Notes: generated by a model not told the origin, from the sequence alone. DNA of 64,000 nucleotides from Limnothrix sp. BL-A-16 (GCA_041937175.2 CP166615.1:1728001-1792000); one strand, 5' to 3'; positions 49,994 to 61,849 are shown, counted from the stretch's first letter. Made by a program: numbers and translations.

Positions 49994-51040
49994 TTACGGG
50001 GATCCTAAAGATTGTAGGGAAATGAACGCGATCGCCATGCCTAAATCCTCGTCATCGGTGGCCAACAACAGGCGAGTGGCGTTCGGCTCCGGAGCCAGGG
50101 CGATCGCTTCGATTTTGTGATTGCCCGCTTGGATCAGATTTTGCGGGCGATCGACCGGCTGCCAAACCCATTGGCCCTCAACCCAAGTCAGCGACCCCAC
50201 CCAATACAGGGCCGACTGAAAAGGGCCCTGATCACCGCCATCGATGGTGGCCACACCCAACAGGCGACCATCGGCTAAATAAACCAAATCCGAGAGCGAT
50301 CGCTGGGTGGCCAAATCCAGGGGGCCGGTCACGGGGGCGCTGCCTTGTAGCTCGATCGCGTTGGTGGCCGGGTCAAACCAACCCCAATGGAGGGTGGCGG
50401 GGCGGCCCTGGCCACCGCGATCGGCAAACAGAATCACCAGTCGATCGCCCCAGCGCACAATCCGCAGGACTTCGATATCGCGATCGGGTTCCGGGGTTGG
50501 GGGCAAGTTAAACACCGCCCGCACAGTCAGTTCACCGGCCAGCGATCGGGGGTCTGGATTCAGGAAAACCTCGGCGATCGAGGAACCGCTCTCCACCGCC
50601 GACAACCGATAGGCCCGTCCGCGACTGGTGACGGCTAGATAGTCCCCGGTTCCAGGAATGGCGCTGATGGCTTCGAGGTCGATCGGCAGTTCGGCATCGA
50701 GGGGCCAGGCCAGGGACGATCGCCCCCGGGGTGGTTGATCGCCCCATTGCACCTGACTGAGCCGATAAAGCGCCGTGCGGGTCCGATCGCCCTTGGTGTC
50801 ATGCACCGCCAAAAAGAAATCGTGATCACCATCGGGCCCCTGCCAGGCCAGGCCACTGATGCCCGAGAAGCGATCGGCCCCGAGTTCTGTCCAGCGCAGC
50901 ACCAAGGGACTGCGGGCCCAAAGGGGAGCATTGACCAGGCCGATCGCCCCGATGGTCACCAGCAACAGCAGCACCCATCGGTAAATTCGGCGCACAAGGG
51001 TTTGGAGTCGAGAACGGAGCGGCGTGAGATCAGGCAGCAT
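49994..51040 (-). CDS. Hypothetical exported/anchored protein, beta-propeller-like
   Basis: N-terminal hydrophobic segment; recurring SGISGL, DLEAI, SDL, KIEAI, ATDDE blade-like motifs. Confidence 0.65.
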   Translation of the reverse strand: MLPDLTPLRSRLQTLVRRIYRWVLLLLVTIGAIGLVNAPLWARSPLVLRWTELGADRFSGISGLAWQGPDGDHDFFLAVHDTKGDRTRTALYRLSQVQWGDQPPRGRSSLAWPLDAELPIDLEAISAIPGTGDYLAVTSRGRAYRLSAVESGSSIAEVFLNPDPRSLAGELTVRAVFNLPPTPEPDRDIEVLRIVRWGDRLVILFADRGGQGRPATLHWGWFDPATNAIELQGSAPVTGPLDLATQRSLSDLVYLADGRLLGVATIDGGDQGPFQSALYWVGSLTWVEGQWVWQPVDRPQNLIQAGNHKIEAIALAPEPNATRLLLATDDEDLGMAIAFISLQSLGSP

Positions 51041-51121
51041 CGGCGCAAAATCGACAGCGATCGATCGACTGGGGAGCGGCTTCCCTAGTTTGACCGATGG
51101 GCTGAAGCGGTTGCCAGCTTA

Positions 51122-51251
51122 GAGGATGCTTAAAAAGTATTCTTTGGCGCGGGCAAGCACCAAGAGTCGTGAAGACAAGGGGCTTAAGCCCCTTGTCTAA
51201 GTCGATCACTGAGGCGTACAGAGTAGCAATTTTGGTTTTTCAGACATCCTC
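51122..51251. mobile_element. MITE family B, copy 3 (130 bp, inverted), inserted at the sufS stop codon
   Basis: GAGGATGCTTAAAAAG ... TTTTTCAGACATCCTC; TTA duplication at 51119-51121 and 51252-51254, the latter being the sufS TAA. Confidence 0.88.
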
Positions 51252-52511
51252 TTAGGCGACGGATTGGAAAAAGTCGATCGTGGCGCGTAGAGCTTGGGCA
51301 AACCGATCAATTTCTTCGATCGTGTTGTAGAAATACAGGCTGGCACGGGCGGTGGAAGCAATATTTAGGGACTTGTGCAGGGGTTGGGTGCAATGGTGAC
51401 CCGATCGAATGGCGATTCCCTCCTGATCCAAAAAGGAGGAGAGATCGTGGGCGTGAATCCCCTCCACGGTAAAGGCAGCCAAAGCCGCCCGGCCGGAGCC
51501 ATCCCCTTGGGGACGGGGGCCATAGATACGCACTTCAGGAATGACTCCGAGGCGATCGAACAGGTGGCGGGTTAATTCCGCTTCATAGTCGTGAATGGCA
51601 TCCATCCCGATCGCGCTGAGGTAGTCGATCGCCGCGCCCAGGGCGATCGCCTCGCCAATGGCCGGTGTGCCCGCTTCCAACTTGTGGGGCAAGTCCGCAT
51701 AGGTCGATCGCTCTAGTTCCACCTCGGCAATCATTTCCCCACCCCCCAAAAAGGGCGGCATCGATCGCAATAGTTCCAACTTGCCGTAAAGGAAGCCAAT
51801 GCCCGTGGGCGCGCACATTTTGTGGCCCGAAGCCACCAGCCAATCACAATCTAGCGCTTGCACATCCAGGGCCAAGTGGGGCGCACTTTGGCAAGCATCA
51901 AGCAAGACTTTGGCTCCCACCGATCGAGCGGCGGCCACCACCTCCGCCACGGGCAAAACACAGCCTAAGGTGTTGGACACATGCACCAGGGAGACCAGTT
52001 TGGTGCGATCGGACATCAGCGATCGCAACTGCTCCAAATCCAAAGATTCCGTGGCATCCAAGCCCACAAATTTCAGCACTGCCCCCGTGCGCTGGGCCAC
52101 CAATTGCCAGGGCACTAAATTACTGTGGTGCTCTGCCACGGACAGAATCATTTCATCGCCCGGTTGCAGTTGGCTCATGCCCCAACTGTAGGCCACCAGA
52201 TTGATCGCTTCGCTGGCATTGCGTGTGAACACAATTTCCTGAAACGATCGGGCATTCACAAACTTGGCCACCTTTTCCCGCGCCGCTTCATAGGCATCCG
52301 TGGCCCGCATACTCAGGGTGTGAACCCCGCGATGCACATTGGCGTTGTCCCACTCGTAATAGTGCCGCAAGGCATCAATCACCTGTCGGGGCTTTTGGGA
52401 GGTGGCGGCATTGTCCAAATACACCAGCGGTTGATCATGCACCCGCTGATCCAGGATTGGGAAATCGGGGCGCACCTGTTGGGCGATCGAGCGGGGCAAG
52501 GCGAGGGTCAT
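51252..52511 (-). CDS. sufS: SufS cysteine desulfurase
   Basis: [32 protein letters not shown]. Confidence 0.97.
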   Translation of the reverse strand: MTLALPRSIAQQVRPDFPILDQRVHDQPLVYLDNAATSQKPRQVIDALRHYYEWDNANVHRGVHTLSMRATDAYEAAREKVAKFVNARSFQEIVFTRNASEAINLVAYSWGMSQLQPGDEMILSVAEHHSNLVPWQLVAQRTGAVLKFVGLDATESLDLEQLRSLMSDRTKLVSLVHVSNTLGCVLPVAEVVAAARSVGAKVLLDACQSAPHLALDVQALDCDWLVASGHKMCAPTGIGFLYGKLELLRSMPPFLGGGEMIAEVELERSTYADLPHKLEAGTPAIGEAIALGAAIDYLSAIGMDAIHDYEAELTRHLFDRLGVIPEVRIYGPRPQGDGSGRAALAAFTVEGIHAHDLSSFLDQEGIAIRSGHHCTQPLHKSLNIASTARASLYFYNTIEEIDRFAQALRATIDFFQSVA

Positions 52512-52617
52512 GGCACAGGAAACAGAACAAGAAAGGGCAGCAGACCTGATGACCAACCGGGAGCAAGGGCAATTAGCTCCCGATCAACCGGTATCGATGG
52601 CGACCGATGAACGTCCA

Positions 52618-54012
52618 CTATTGATGCGCAGGATTAATCCGTTGGGCAATTTGGCTAGCCAAGGTCGATCGCAACGAGGCGATCGGGAGGCGATCCAAAA
52701 TTTCCCCGGCAAACCCATCCAACAGGAGCGATCGCGCCGTGGCCAAATCCAAGCCGCGACTGCGACAGTAAAACAGCTCCGTTTCTTCCAGTTGGCTGAC
52801 CGTGGAACCGTGGGAGCACTTCACATCATCCGCAATGATTTCCAGTTGTGGCTTGGTGTCCACCCGCGCCTTGGGCGACAGCAACAGATTGCGGTTGAGC
52901 TGGGCGGCGTTGGTTTGTTGTGCATCATGATCCACAAAAACCCGTCCATTGAAGACCGTGTGGCCCCGATCGTCCGCGATGCACTTGTGCAACTGATCGG
53001 CGGTTCCGTGGGGATGGCTCAACACCAGGGAGCTATGGGTGTCCGTTAACTGCTCGCCCGTGGCCACCGACAGGCCGTTCAAGATCGTTTCAGTGCCGGG
53101 GCCCGTTTGGGCAATGTCGATCGAGTGACGGGCGATCGATGCACCCTGGCTGATGGTGGTCAGGGTGTAGTGACTGTTCCAGTCCTGGGAAATGGCGGTT
53201 TTGCCAATGTGGATCGCCTGTTCACCTTCCCGTTGCAGTCGCACATGGTGCAGGGTGGCGCAATTTCCCAGCACCACTTCCATCACGCTGTTGGTGCAGT
53301 AGCCGCCTTGCCCGATCGCCACGTAGTCTTCAATTAAGGTGCAGTGGCTGTCGCCGGCCTTGGCCAACACCAAGCAACGGGGTTGACTGATTGCCGGTTG
53401 ATCCGCCGTGGCCACATAGAGCAAATGAATGGGCTTGGCCACCTGCACGCGGCGCTCCAGTTCAATCACCACACCATCGCTCAGCCCGGCCGTATTCAGA
53501 ACCGAGAAGGCATCCTGGCTACCCTGTTGGCCCAGGTGGTTTGCCAGCCGCTCCCGATCGGTCACGGCCATCAGCGAGCCGATCGTCACGCCCTCGGGTA
53601 ATTCAGCCAAGTTCGACAGTTCCGGCGCAAACCGACCGTTCACCACCACCACCCGCACGGGCGCTTCGGGAATGGCAAACGCCGCGATCGCCGCCGGTTC
53701 AAGGGTGGTCAGCGCCGGGGCCCGCAACGCGATCGCCAACATGGGTGACAGATCCGTAAACCGCCAATCTTCATCCCGCGTCGAAGGCAACGCCATTTCC
53801 TGCGCCACTGCCTGGGCCTGCGATCGCAGCCGCTGCACCAATTCCCAATCGGTTGCCGGGGTTGCCGCTGTCACCGTGGACAGCAAGCCCGCGTAATAGG
53901 TCGATCGCTGGGCCGCTTTGCCGGGTGCGCGATCGCCCGGCGTTGAGTTCGCCGTCAGTGCGTCCAAATCTGCCTTGTTCAAGTCCGTTAAACCACTCAA
54001 ATCCACGCCCAT
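52618..54012 (-). CDS. sufD: Fe-S cluster assembly protein SufD
   Basis: EDWRFTDL, KPQLEIIADDVKCSHGSTV. Confidence 0.95.
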   Translation of the reverse strand: MGVDLSGLTDLNKADLDALTANSTPGDRAPGKAAQRSTYYAGLLSTVTAATPATDWELVQRLRSQAQAVAQEMALPSTRDEDWRFTDLSPMLAIALRAPALTTLEPAAIAAFAIPEAPVRVVVVNGRFAPELSNLAELPEGVTIGSLMAVTDRERLANHLGQQGSQDAFSVLNTAGLSDGVVIELERRVQVAKPIHLLYVATADQPAISQPRCLVLAKAGDSHCTLIEDYVAIGQGGYCTNSVMEVVLGNCATLHHVRLQREGEQAIHIGKTAISQDWNSHYTLTTISQGASIARHSIDIAQTGPGTETILNGLSVATGEQLTDTHSSLVLSHPHGTADQLHKCIADDRGHTVFNGRVFVDHDAQQTNAAQLNRNLLLSPKARVDTKPQLEIIADDVKCSHGSTVSQLEETELFYCRSRGLDLATARSLLLDGFAGEILDRLPIASLRSTLASQIAQRINPAHQ

Positions 54013-54014
54013 GG

Positions 54015-54797
54015 TTACACCCCCACCGGCTGCAACTCATCTACCCAGTCGTAGCCCTTGGCTTCCAACTCCAGCGCCAATTCCTTATCGCCCGTCATCA
54101 CGATTTTGCCGTCGTACATGACATGGACATAATCCGGAATGATGTAGTCCAGCAGCCGTTGGTAGTGGGTAATCACCAGCATCGCATTCTTTTCGTTTGC
54201 CAGTTGATTCACCCCCTCGGCCACAATCCGCAGGGCATCAATATCCAAGCCAGAATCCGTTTCATCCAACACGGCCAAGGTGGGTTCGAGCAGCGCCATT
54301 TGCAGGATTTCGTTGCGCTTTTTTTCACCACCCGAGAAGCCTTGATTCACGCTGCGATCGAGGAAGGACGCATCCATCTGCACCACTTGCAGGCGATCGT
54401 GCACCACATCCTCAAAATCAAAGGGATCCACTTCCTCTAACCCTTGGTGTTTGCGGCGGGCATTGTAGGACGCACGCAGAAAATCCAAGTTGGAAACCCC
54501 GGGAATTTCGACCGGATATTGGAAGGCCAAAAACACCCCCGATCGGGCCCGTTCTTCCGCCTCCAATTCCAATAGATTTTGCCCTTCAAAGACCACCTCG
54601 CCACCGGTCACCTCATAGGCCGGGTGTCCTGCCAAAATTTTGGAGAAGGTGCTTTTTCCAGAGCCATTACGACCCATAATCGCGTGAATTTCGCCGGCCT
54701 TAATTTCCAGGTTCAACCCCTTCAAAATCGGCGTGTCATTCACATTGGCAGTGAGGTTTTTGACCGAAAGCACGGTCGGCGCATTATCAACAATCAT
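54015..54797 (-). CDS. sufC: Fe-S cluster assembly ATPase SufC
   Basis: [39 protein letters not shown]. Confidence 0.98.
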   Translation of the reverse strand: MIVDNAPTVLSVKNLTANVNDTPILKGLNLEIKAGEIHAIMGRNGSGKSTFSKILAGHPAYEVTGGEVVFEGQNLLELEAEERARSGVFLAFQYPVEIPGVSNLDFLRASYNARRKHQGLEEVDPFDFEDVVHDRLQVVQMDASFLDRSVNQGFSGGEKKRNEILQMALLEPTLAVLDETDSGLDIDALRIVAEGVNQLANEKNAMLVITHYQRLLDYIIPDYVHVMYDGKIVMTGDKELALELEAKGYDWVDELQPVGV

Positions 54798-55085
54798 CGT
54801 AGCCCTTCAACCCTTAAAAACATGCTTCCAATTCAACAAACCAGTTCAACAAACAAGGGTCTTAAAGCCTGTCGTCACTGCCTGAGATCAAGCGAAAAGG
54901 GTTAATTGTCCATGCCCCAATCGTTGTAGCAAGGGGCTTAAGCCCCTTGTCTTTCGCGATCTGTTGATGGTGGAATCAGAAGCCCCTTGTTTCTCAAGAT
55001 CCGCTAACAGTGAAATCAGGGTTTCATGCAACTTGGCAATTAAGACCTAAGCCCCTTGTTTCCAATCCCGATCGACCCAGCGTCG

Positions 55086-56522
55086 TTAGCCCACTGAGCC
55101 TTCCAACTTCAGGCTGAGGAGCTTGTCGGCTTCCACCGCAAATTCCATCGGCAACTGGTTAAACACATCCTTGCAGAAGCCCGAAATCATCATTGAAACG
55201 GCATCTTCGGCGGAAATGCCCCGTTGCGCCAAATAGAACAGTTGATCTTCGCCAATCTTGGACGTGGTGGCTTCGTGCTCCACCCTGGCCAACTCGTTTT
55301 GCACCTGAATGTAGGGATAGGTGTTGGCTTGGGCATTGCTGCCAATCAGCATCGAATCGCATTGGGAATAGTTGCGCGCCCCATCGGCATTGGGGCCCAC
55401 TTTCACCAGGCCGCGATAGCTGTTTTTGGACTTGCCCGCCGAAATCCCCTTGGAAACGATCGTGCTGCGGGTGTTTTTGCCGATATGCACCATCTTCGTG
55501 CCGGTGTCAGCCTGCTGACAGTTATTGGTGAGGGCGACGGAGTAGAACTCCCCGATCGAGTTATCACCCACCAGCACGCAACTGGGATATTTCCAAGTAA
55601 TGGCTGATCCCGTTTCCACCTGAGTCCAAGAAATCTTGGAATTCCTGCCTTTGCAGAGGCCGCGCTTGGTCACGAAGTTATAAATTCCGCCCTTCCCGTT
55701 CGCATCCCCGGCATACCAGTTTTGCACCGTGGAATATTTGATGCTGGCATTGTCCAGGGCCACCAATTCCACCACCGCCGCATGGAGCTGGTTGCTGTCA
55801 TACATGGGGGCGGTGCAACCTTCCAAATAGCTGACGGAGCTGCCTTCTTCGGCCACGATCAACGTCCGCTCAAACTGACCGGAATCGCCGTTGTTGATGC
55901 GGAAGTAGGTGGACAATTCCATGGGGCATTCAACGCCCTTGGGAATATAAACAAAGGAGCCATCGCTAAAAACAGCGGAGTTGAGGGCCGCAAAGTAGTT
56001 ATCCGCGATCGGAACGACGCTGCCCAAGTATTTTTTAACCAGCTCCGGATGCTCCTTGAGGGCCTCAGAAATGGAGCAGAAAATCACCCCATGTTCTGCG
56101 AGCTTTTCGCGGAACGTGGTGGCCACGGAAACACTATCAAAGATGGCATCCACCGCCACATTCGCCAGCCGCTTTTGCTCCGAAAGGGGAATCCCCAATT
56201 TCTCGAAGGTTTCGAGCAGGGTTGGATCAACTTCATCGAGGCTCTGCTTCTTTTGCGTTTGCTTCGGAGCGGAGTAGTAAATGATGTCTTGGTAGTTGAT
56301 CGGAGGGTAGTTCACATCGGGCCAGGTCGGCTCCGTCATTTTCAGCCACTGGCGGTAGGCCCGCAGCCGAAATTCCAGCATGAACTCTGGCTCGTTTTTC
56401 TTGGCCGAAATGGCGTAGACAGTCTCTTCGCTGAGACCCCGAGGCAGGGTATCTGACTCGATGTCGGTGACGAAGCCGTACTTATAGGGTTGGTTAACGA
56501 GGGTGCTGACGGGTGCGCTCAT
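55086..56522 (-). CDS. sufB: Fe-S cluster assembly protein SufB
   Basis: [33 protein letters not shown]; no intein. Confidence 0.98.
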   Translation of the reverse strand: MSAPVSTLVNQPYKYGFVTDIESDTLPRGLSEETVYAISAKKNEPEFMLEFRLRAYRQWLKMTEPTWPDVNYPPINYQDIIYYSAPKQTQKKQSLDEVDPTLLETFEKLGIPLSEQKRLANVAVDAIFDSVSVATTFREKLAEHGVIFCSISEALKEHPELVKKYLGSVVPIADNYFAALNSAVFSDGSFVYIPKGVECPMELSTYFRINNGDSGQFERTLIVAEEGSSVSYLEGCTAPMYDSNQLHAAVVELVALDNASIKYSTVQNWYAGDANGKGGIYNFVTKRGLCKGRNSKISWTQVETGSAITWKYPSCVLVGDNSIGEFYSVALTNNCQQADTGTKMVHIGKNTRSTIVSKGISAGKSKNSYRGLVKVGPNADGARNYSQCDSMLIGSNAQANTYPYIQVQNELARVEHEATTSKIGEDQLFYLAQRGISAEDAVSMMISGFCKDVFNQLPMEFAVEADKLLSLKLEGSVG

Positions 56523-56657
56523 GGCTCGTGGGGGCTGGCGTTCTTCTCGGGGGGGGCGGGGGCCATCGGCGGAATGGACGATCGCACCTGTGGCTGCCGG
56601 GGCGATCGCACGGATTGTAACCACTCACCGCGCGGAAAATCGCGGGAGTGGGCAGCG

Positions 56658-57005
56658 CTAGCGCATGTTTAGGATTTCGTCGAGGCCGATTTCCTGCTGC
56701 TCGCCCCGGAAGTCATTGTCAGGGGTTAGAAACAACATGCAGTGACATTCATAGCGCTCGCGCATGGGCACGCAAGGACAATTCCAATAGGCAGCGGCCA
56801 CTTCGGCTTCCTTATCTTCGTAGTGCCGACAGGGGCAAAGGGGCGAGCCGAGTTCGTCCTTGTGACGGGCGAGACCTTCGATCACGACAGCGGTCACGCC
56901 CGGGTCAGCGCAAAAGTAAGTGCCAGTACGTTTGGCGTAGCTTTCAGCGAACTTCCGAACCGCATCAAGGCTCTTTTCGCTGGCGTGGGTCGTTGCATTG
57001 TCCAT
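56658..57005 (-). CDS. ftrC: Ferredoxin-thioredoxin reductase catalytic chain
   Basis: LCPCRHY, WNCPCVPM, ECHCMLF. Confidence 0.97.
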   Translation of the reverse strand: MDNATTHASEKSLDAVRKFAESYAKRTGTYFCADPGVTAVVIEGLARHKDELGSPLCPCRHYEDKEAEVAAAYWNCPCVPMRERYECHCMLFLTPDNDFRGEQQEIGLDEILNMR

Positions 57006-57062
57006 GTCGGCGGTCTCTAGAAATTAACGGTGGGGTTTGTATAATGACCTTGATTGCTAAAA

Positions 57063-57115
57063 CAACTTGATTGTTGCGTAATCGTTTTTAGCGTACTTTA
57101 GCAACGCAAAAGTTG
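57063..57115. promoter_or_regulatory. Two SufR boxes (CAAC-N6-GTTG)
   Basis: CAACTTGATTGTTG (57063-57076) and CAACGCAAAAGTTG (57102-57115) in the divergent sufR/ftrC-suf spacer. Confidence 0.85.
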
Positions 57116-57254
57116 TCAAAGCCTGAGCGATCGAGGCCAGAATATAACAATAGGCTGTTTTCTTAACCGGTTGTTTTGAACGGGCCGATTCACGGTCGAT
57201 CGACTGGCTGCCGCTGCCGAATGCTGCCCAATCCACGATCCACGGTCTGAGCGA

Positions 57255-57935
57255 ATGAGTGCTCTTCAGCAAGCGTCCACGAAGCATGACATTTTGAAAT
57301 ACCTCCTCCAGCAGGGCGAGGCCACGGCCCAACGGCTGGCGGAGGCGCTGGGCATCAGTCCACAGGCCACCCGTCGCCACCTGAAGGATCTCGAAAGCGA
57401 GGGGCTGATTTTGCACGAGGCGGCCAGGGGCGGCACGGGTCGTCCCCAGCACCTTTACCGGTTGAGTCCGGCGGGGCGATCGCAATTTCCCGACAACTAC
57501 GATGAATTTGCCGTGGATTTGCTCCACACCCTGACCGAAACGATCGGGAATGATCAAGTGCAGTCCCTGCTGCGACAACAGTGGGTGCGCAAGGCGTTGG
57601 ACTACCGACGACATCTGGGCGCGGGGAATTTGCGCGATCGGGTGGCTCGGTTGGTGGACCTGCGCCGCGCCGAGGGCTACATGGCCGAGTGGGAAGCGAT
57701 CGAGCCGGAAGCCGAGGGTCACCCGCGCTATCTGCTGGTGGAACACAACTGCGCCATTTCCACTGTGGCCGAGTCCTATCCCGGCGTTTGTGCCCATGAG
57801 TTGGAAATGTTTGCGATCGCCCTTCAGGGCTGCAAGGTGGAGCGCACCCACTGGATTGTGGGCGGCGAGCACCGTTGTGGCTACTCCATCCAAGAGTCGG
57901 AAACCACCCCCACCCCCGCGACCCGCGTCAACTAG
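57255..57935 (+). CDS. sufR: Fe-S transcriptional regulator SufR
   Basis: HTH ISPQATRRHLKDLE, GRPQHLY, EHNCAI...C..ELEMF...HRCGY; divergent from suf. Confidence 0.97.
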   Translation: MSALQQASTKHDILKYLLQQGEATAQRLAEALGISPQATRRHLKDLESEGLILHEAARGGTGRPQHLYRLSPAGRSQFPDNYDEFAVDLLHTLTETIGNDQVQSLLRQQWVRKALDYRRHLGAGNLRDRVARLVDLRRAEGYMAEWEAIEPEAEGHPRYLLVEHNCAISTVAESYPGVCAHELEMFAIALQGCKVERTHWIVGGEHRCGYSIQESETTPTPATRVN

Positions 57936-58202
57936 GCTCGCCCCACCCGGCCCCACAATCCCCCGCCCCACACTCATATGAGGTGCGACATATGAGAGGT
58001 GCAACAGAAGGGGCGATTGAGGGGAGCGATCGGGTCAGAAATCGGGCTAAGGTTAACTAGCGGGGGGTTGCCGATTGCATCGCGCCTGTTCAACTCCGCC
58101 TGTTAATCCCACCCATTCCAGCCCGCCCATTGCCTCTCGGGCGCTGTCTCCCAAACCTGGGTGAACTGAGCCAAGCGATCGCGATGGAAACCGTCCGCCT
58201 CG

Positions 58203-58481
58203 ATGCCTATGCCGCTGAACAATCCGATGAATCCTCAGGGTTTGGAGTTTTTGACCCCCGAAGAGTCTGCAAAGGTCGATGCGGCTCTGTTGTCTCAGCC
58301 TGAAAAGTTTTTAACGCGGTTGACCCTCTCGTCTTTGAAACTGCTGCGCTACATTGCCGAGGACGAGGGCGTGGCGATCGAAGCGTTAACCCATGATCAG
58401 GTGATTGCTTGGTTTGAGCGCGAGGCAAAGCGCAAGCGCGAGCAGGGAATTGATGCGACAGTGCTGAAGTGGGATGTTTAA
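58203..58481 (+). CDS. Small hypothetical protein
   Basis: 92-aa helical ORF followed by a hairpin terminator. Confidence 0.75.
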   Translation: MPMPLNNPMNPQGLEFLTPEESAKVDAALLSQPEKFLTRLTLSSLKLLRYIAEDEGVAIEALTHDQVIAWFEREAKRKREQGIDATVLKWDV

Positions 58482-58489
58482 ATCGGTTT

Positions 58490-58517
58490 ACAGACCTGTT
58501 TTGGCGGGTCTGTTTTT
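58490..58517 (+). terminator. Intrinsic terminator
   Basis: ACAGACC...GGTCTGT stem followed by TTTT. Confidence 0.6.
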
Positions 58518-58644
58518 GATAGATTTTGGGTCTAATGTCCTTTTGAATTGCCTTTCAATTTCCCTTTGAGCTTTAACTTCACGTTCAATTTAAGTTCAAT
58601 TTCCACTCTAATCCCAACTCTAATTCCCGATTTACACCACCACC

Positions 58645-59082
58645 ATGCTTGACTGGCTGCACACCCTTCTGGGTCACGATCATCACGCCCTATCTCAATC
58701 GATCCAAACAAGTTGGCAGTTTGGGTTTTCTGCCTTGCAAACCAGCCCTGCCAGTGAATTTTCACGGGGCTATTGTGTCCAAATCTGTGCCTTTCTGGTG
58801 CCGGCCAATTTGTTGGCAACGATTCAAGCGCTGGTGATGATGGTGATCGATCGCCCCCTGCGCGATCGACTGGTGATTGGTTTGGTCGGCAGTCTTTACG
58901 CCACCTTGATGGTGTTGCATGTGGCGACCTGGTTTGCGGTGGGCGTGGTGATGGCTCCGACCTATGTGTTGCTGTCGTTGGCGGTGGTTTGTTTGGTGAT
59001 GAATGGGGCAATTATTGGGAAAGCGGTTCGCTCTCGACCCAACTTGGGCAGCTCCGTCACCGCTTCGGCCCCTGCCCTCTAG
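58645..59082 (+). CDS. Hypothetical membrane protein
   Basis: Three hydrophobic segments (CVQICAFLVPANLLAT, MVLHVATWFAVGVVMAPT). Confidence 0.7.
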   Translation: MLDWLHTLLGHDHHALSQSIQTSWQFGFSALQTSPASEFSRGYCVQICAFLVPANLLATIQALVMMVIDRPLRDRLVIGLVGSLYATLMVLHVATWFAVGVVMAPTYVLLSLAVVCLVMNGAIIGKAVRSRPNLGSSVTASAPAL

Positions 59083-59332
59083 AACGACACAATTAAGACT
59101 GCACTGATCGATCAGGAACGGGAGAGATGCCTTTTGAGTAGGCACAAGTTCCAACCGATCCCCATCCTTAAAAAGGCCAACCCCAAAAAATAGACAAGGG
59201 GCTTCAGCCCCTTGCCCCCATCATCTTGTCAGCCCACAATCTTGCTGTGGAAGAATCAGGGCTGTCACCCATTCGATTAACCCAGATCCGCTCGATCTCG
59301 ATCAAACCGACTCGATCAAACCGAGATTAAAT

Positions 59333-59428
59333 CTAGATCAGCTTGATGGCCCGCAGGGTGAACATCATGCCCGCTGCCACGCCCAACATGCCGCCAAAGA
59401 AGATGAAATAAGTCATTACGCCAGACAT
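59333..59428 (-). CDS. petL: Cytochrome b6f subunit PetL (31 aa; not in the ORF track)
   Basis: Translated by hand: MSGVMTYFIFFGGMLGVAAGMMFTLRAIKLI*; single TM helix with PetL-type KLI end; divergent from aroB. Confidence 0.88.
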   Translation of the reverse strand: MSGVMTYFIFFGGMLGVAAGMMFTLRAIKLI

Positions 59429-59559
59429 GGGCCAAGCCTCCCAATGGATTCTGAAAAATGGGTTAGTCCCTAACCATTGAACCATCCCGCGCTAAAATAC
59501 GGCCCGCTCTGGTTTTTTGCCGTTCGTTCACTGTTGCTGGCGCAGTTGCGCTTTGGGTT

Positions 59560-60660
59560 ATGGCCGCTACGATTCGCGTAAATTTACCCCAAAATGCCTA
59601 CGACATCGCGATCGGGGCGGGCTTGCTCGATCATGTGGGCGATTGGATGCGCGAGCGATCGACCCAAACCAATCCCAAGGTTTTGCTGGTCTCAAACCCG
59701 CAAATCTTCAAGCGCTATGGCGATCGGGTGATCACGTCCCTGCGGGCGGCGGGTTACCAAGTCCAAAGCTGCATTTTGCCCGCTGGCGAGCGGTACAAAA
59801 CCCCCAGCTCTCTCCAGAAAATTCATGATGCGGCGCTCGATTTCCGTTTGGAGCGATCAAGCATCATGTTGGCGCTGGGCGGCGGAGTCATTGGCGACAT
59901 GACCGGATTTGCGGCCGCCACTTGGTTGCGGGGCATCGCCTTTGTGCAAGTGCCCACCTCACTGCTGGCCATGGTGGATGCCGCGATCGGGGGCAAAACC
60001 GGCATTAACCATCCCCGGGGCAAAAATCTGATTGGGGCCTTTCACCAACCGAGGCTGGTGTTGATTGATCCCGAGGTGTTGGCCACCCTGCCAGGGCGGG
60101 AACTGCGGGCGGGCATGGCGGAAGTGATTAAGTACGGCATTATCTGGGATCCAGACCTGTTTGATCGGCTGGAAGCGGCCCCGCGCCTCGATCGATTTGC
60201 CGCCATTCAACCCCTGTTGGGTGAGATTTTGCAGCGATCCTGCCAAGCCAAGGCCGATGTGGTGGCCCAGGACGAAAAGGAAGGGGGCTTGCGGGCCATT
60301 CTCAACTATGGCCACACGATCGGCCATGCGATCGAGTCATTAACTAACTATCGATTGGTGAACCATGGGGAAGCCGTGGCGATCGGGATGGTGGCGGCGG
60401 CCGAGTTGGCGGCCAAAATGAGCCTGTGGGATGGGGGAAACTGTGCCCGCCAACTGGCGGTGATTCAAAAAACGGCCCTGCCCGATCGCGTGCCCGCCAG
60501 CCTGGATCCGGAGGTGATCGCCGACTCCCTGTTGTTAGATAAAAAAGTCAAAGACGGCAAAGTTCGCTTCATCTTGCCCACTCGGATCGGAGCCGTTGAA
60601 ATGGTTGATCAAGTCCCCGCCGATGTGTTGTACCCAGTGCTGCGAGCCTTACAGGGTTGA
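59560..60660 (+). CDS. aroB: 3-dehydroquinate synthase
   Basis: [38 protein letters not shown]. Confidence 0.98.
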   Translation: MAATIRVNLPQNAYDIAIGAGLLDHVGDWMRERSTQTNPKVLLVSNPQIFKRYGDRVITSLRAAGYQVQSCILPAGERYKTPSSLQKIHDAALDFRLERSSIMLALGGGVIGDMTGFAAATWLRGIAFVQVPTSLLAMVDAAIGGKTGINHPRGKNLIGAFHQPRLVLIDPEVLATLPGRELRAGMAEVIKYGIIWDPDLFDRLEAAPRLDRFAAIQPLLGEILQRSCQAKADVVAQDEKEGGLRAILNYGHTIGHAIESLTNYRLVNHGEAVAIGMVAAAELAAKMSLWDGGNCARQLAVIQKTALPDRVPASLDPEVIADSLLLDKKVKDGKVRFILPTRIGAVEMVDQVPADVLYPVLRALQG

Positions 60661-60789
60661 TAGTGGGGTCACTGAGCACCGGTCTCTGGCTGGATGCTGG
60701 CTTTTCCCGGGTTCGGTCAGTGTTCGGCCAAATGTAGTAGACTCTGCCTGACGCGGGTTCTCGTTGCATTCTGAAACGTTGGTAGCCCC

Positions 60790-61839
60790 ATGTTCCCGTA
60801 TTTGTTTCATTTCATTGCGTTTCTGGCGGCGGCGGCCATTGTGATGTGGACAACGCCGATCGTCCGGGCTGCGGGCCTCAAAACTGGGCGCTTTGATCTC
60901 CCCAACGAGCGTAAAATGCACGATCGCCCCATGGTTCGGCTGGGGGGAATTTCAATCTTTTGCGGCGCGATCGCGGCCCTTGGCCTGGTGTGGTGGCTCG
61001 GCGGCTTTGAAACCGCCAGCTCCCACAAAATCAATGAAATTATTGGCGTTTTAGGGGGCGGGATCGCTTTTTTCGCGATCGGGCTGGCGGATGACCTCTA
61101 TGGCCTTTCTCCCTTCACGCGCCTGGCCATCCAAACCGCCGTCGCCACCATCTGTTGGCATGTGGGCGTTAGCATCGATTTCCTCACAATTCCTGGCTTG
61201 GGCCTGGTGCAATTGGGCTGGCTGAGCTTGCCCATCACCGTCCTCTGGTTAGTGGGCATGGTGAACGCCATCAACTGGATTGACGGTCTGGATGGGCTGG
61301 CGGCCGGCGTTTCCGGCATTTCCGCCACCGTCATGATGTTTGTGGCTCTGTTTATGAACCAGCCGGCCGTGGGCCTGATTGCTGCGGCCTTGGCGGGCGC
61401 GGCCCTCGGATTTTTGCGCTACAACTTCAATCCTGCCCAAATCTTTATGGGAGACGGGGGAGCCTACTTTATGGGCTTTGTGCTGGCAGGGGTTGGGGCG
61501 ATCGGCCTGGTAAAGGTAACCGCCGTCACTTCTGTGCTGCTGCCTTACCTGATCCTGGCGGTTCCGTTGCTGGATATGTCGGCGGTCATTCTCGATCGCC
61601 TGCGCAACGGCAAGCTGCCTTGGATTGCCGACAAGCGACATTTACACCACCGCCTTTTGGATGCCGGCCTGTCCCATCGGGCGGCCGTTTTGTTTATTTA
61701 TGCCCTGACCCTGTGGGTGGGAACTCTGGCTCTGGCTTTTTCCGGAATGCCCAGCGGTCTTGGCTATGCCCTCGCGGCCACCGCCGTTTTGAGCTACATG
61801 GGCTGGCAGGTTTGGCGACAGGCCAAAAACCCCTCCTAG
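60790..61839 (+). CDS. WecA/TagO-like (MraY family) polyprenyl-phosphate GlcNAc-1-P transferase
   Basis: GLADD, NAINWIDGLDGLA, YNFNPAQIFMGDGG, HLHHRL. Confidence 0.93.
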   Translation: MFPYLFHFIAFLAAAAIVMWTTPIVRAAGLKTGRFDLPNERKMHDRPMVRLGGISIFCGAIAALGLVWWLGGFETASSHKINEIIGVLGGGIAFFAIGLADDLYGLSPFTRLAIQTAVATICWHVGVSIDFLTIPGLGLVQLGWLSLPITVLWLVGMVNAINWIDGLDGLAAGVSGISATVMMFVALFMNQPAVGLIAAALAGAALGFLRYNFNPAQIFMGDGGAYFMGFVLAGVGAIGLVKVTAVTSVLLPYLILAVPLLDMSAVILDRLRNGKLPWIADKRHLHHRLLDAGLSHRAAVLFIYALTLWVGTLALAFSGMPSGLGYALAATAVLSYMGWQVWRQAKNPS

Positions 61840-61849
61840 GCCTGACCGG

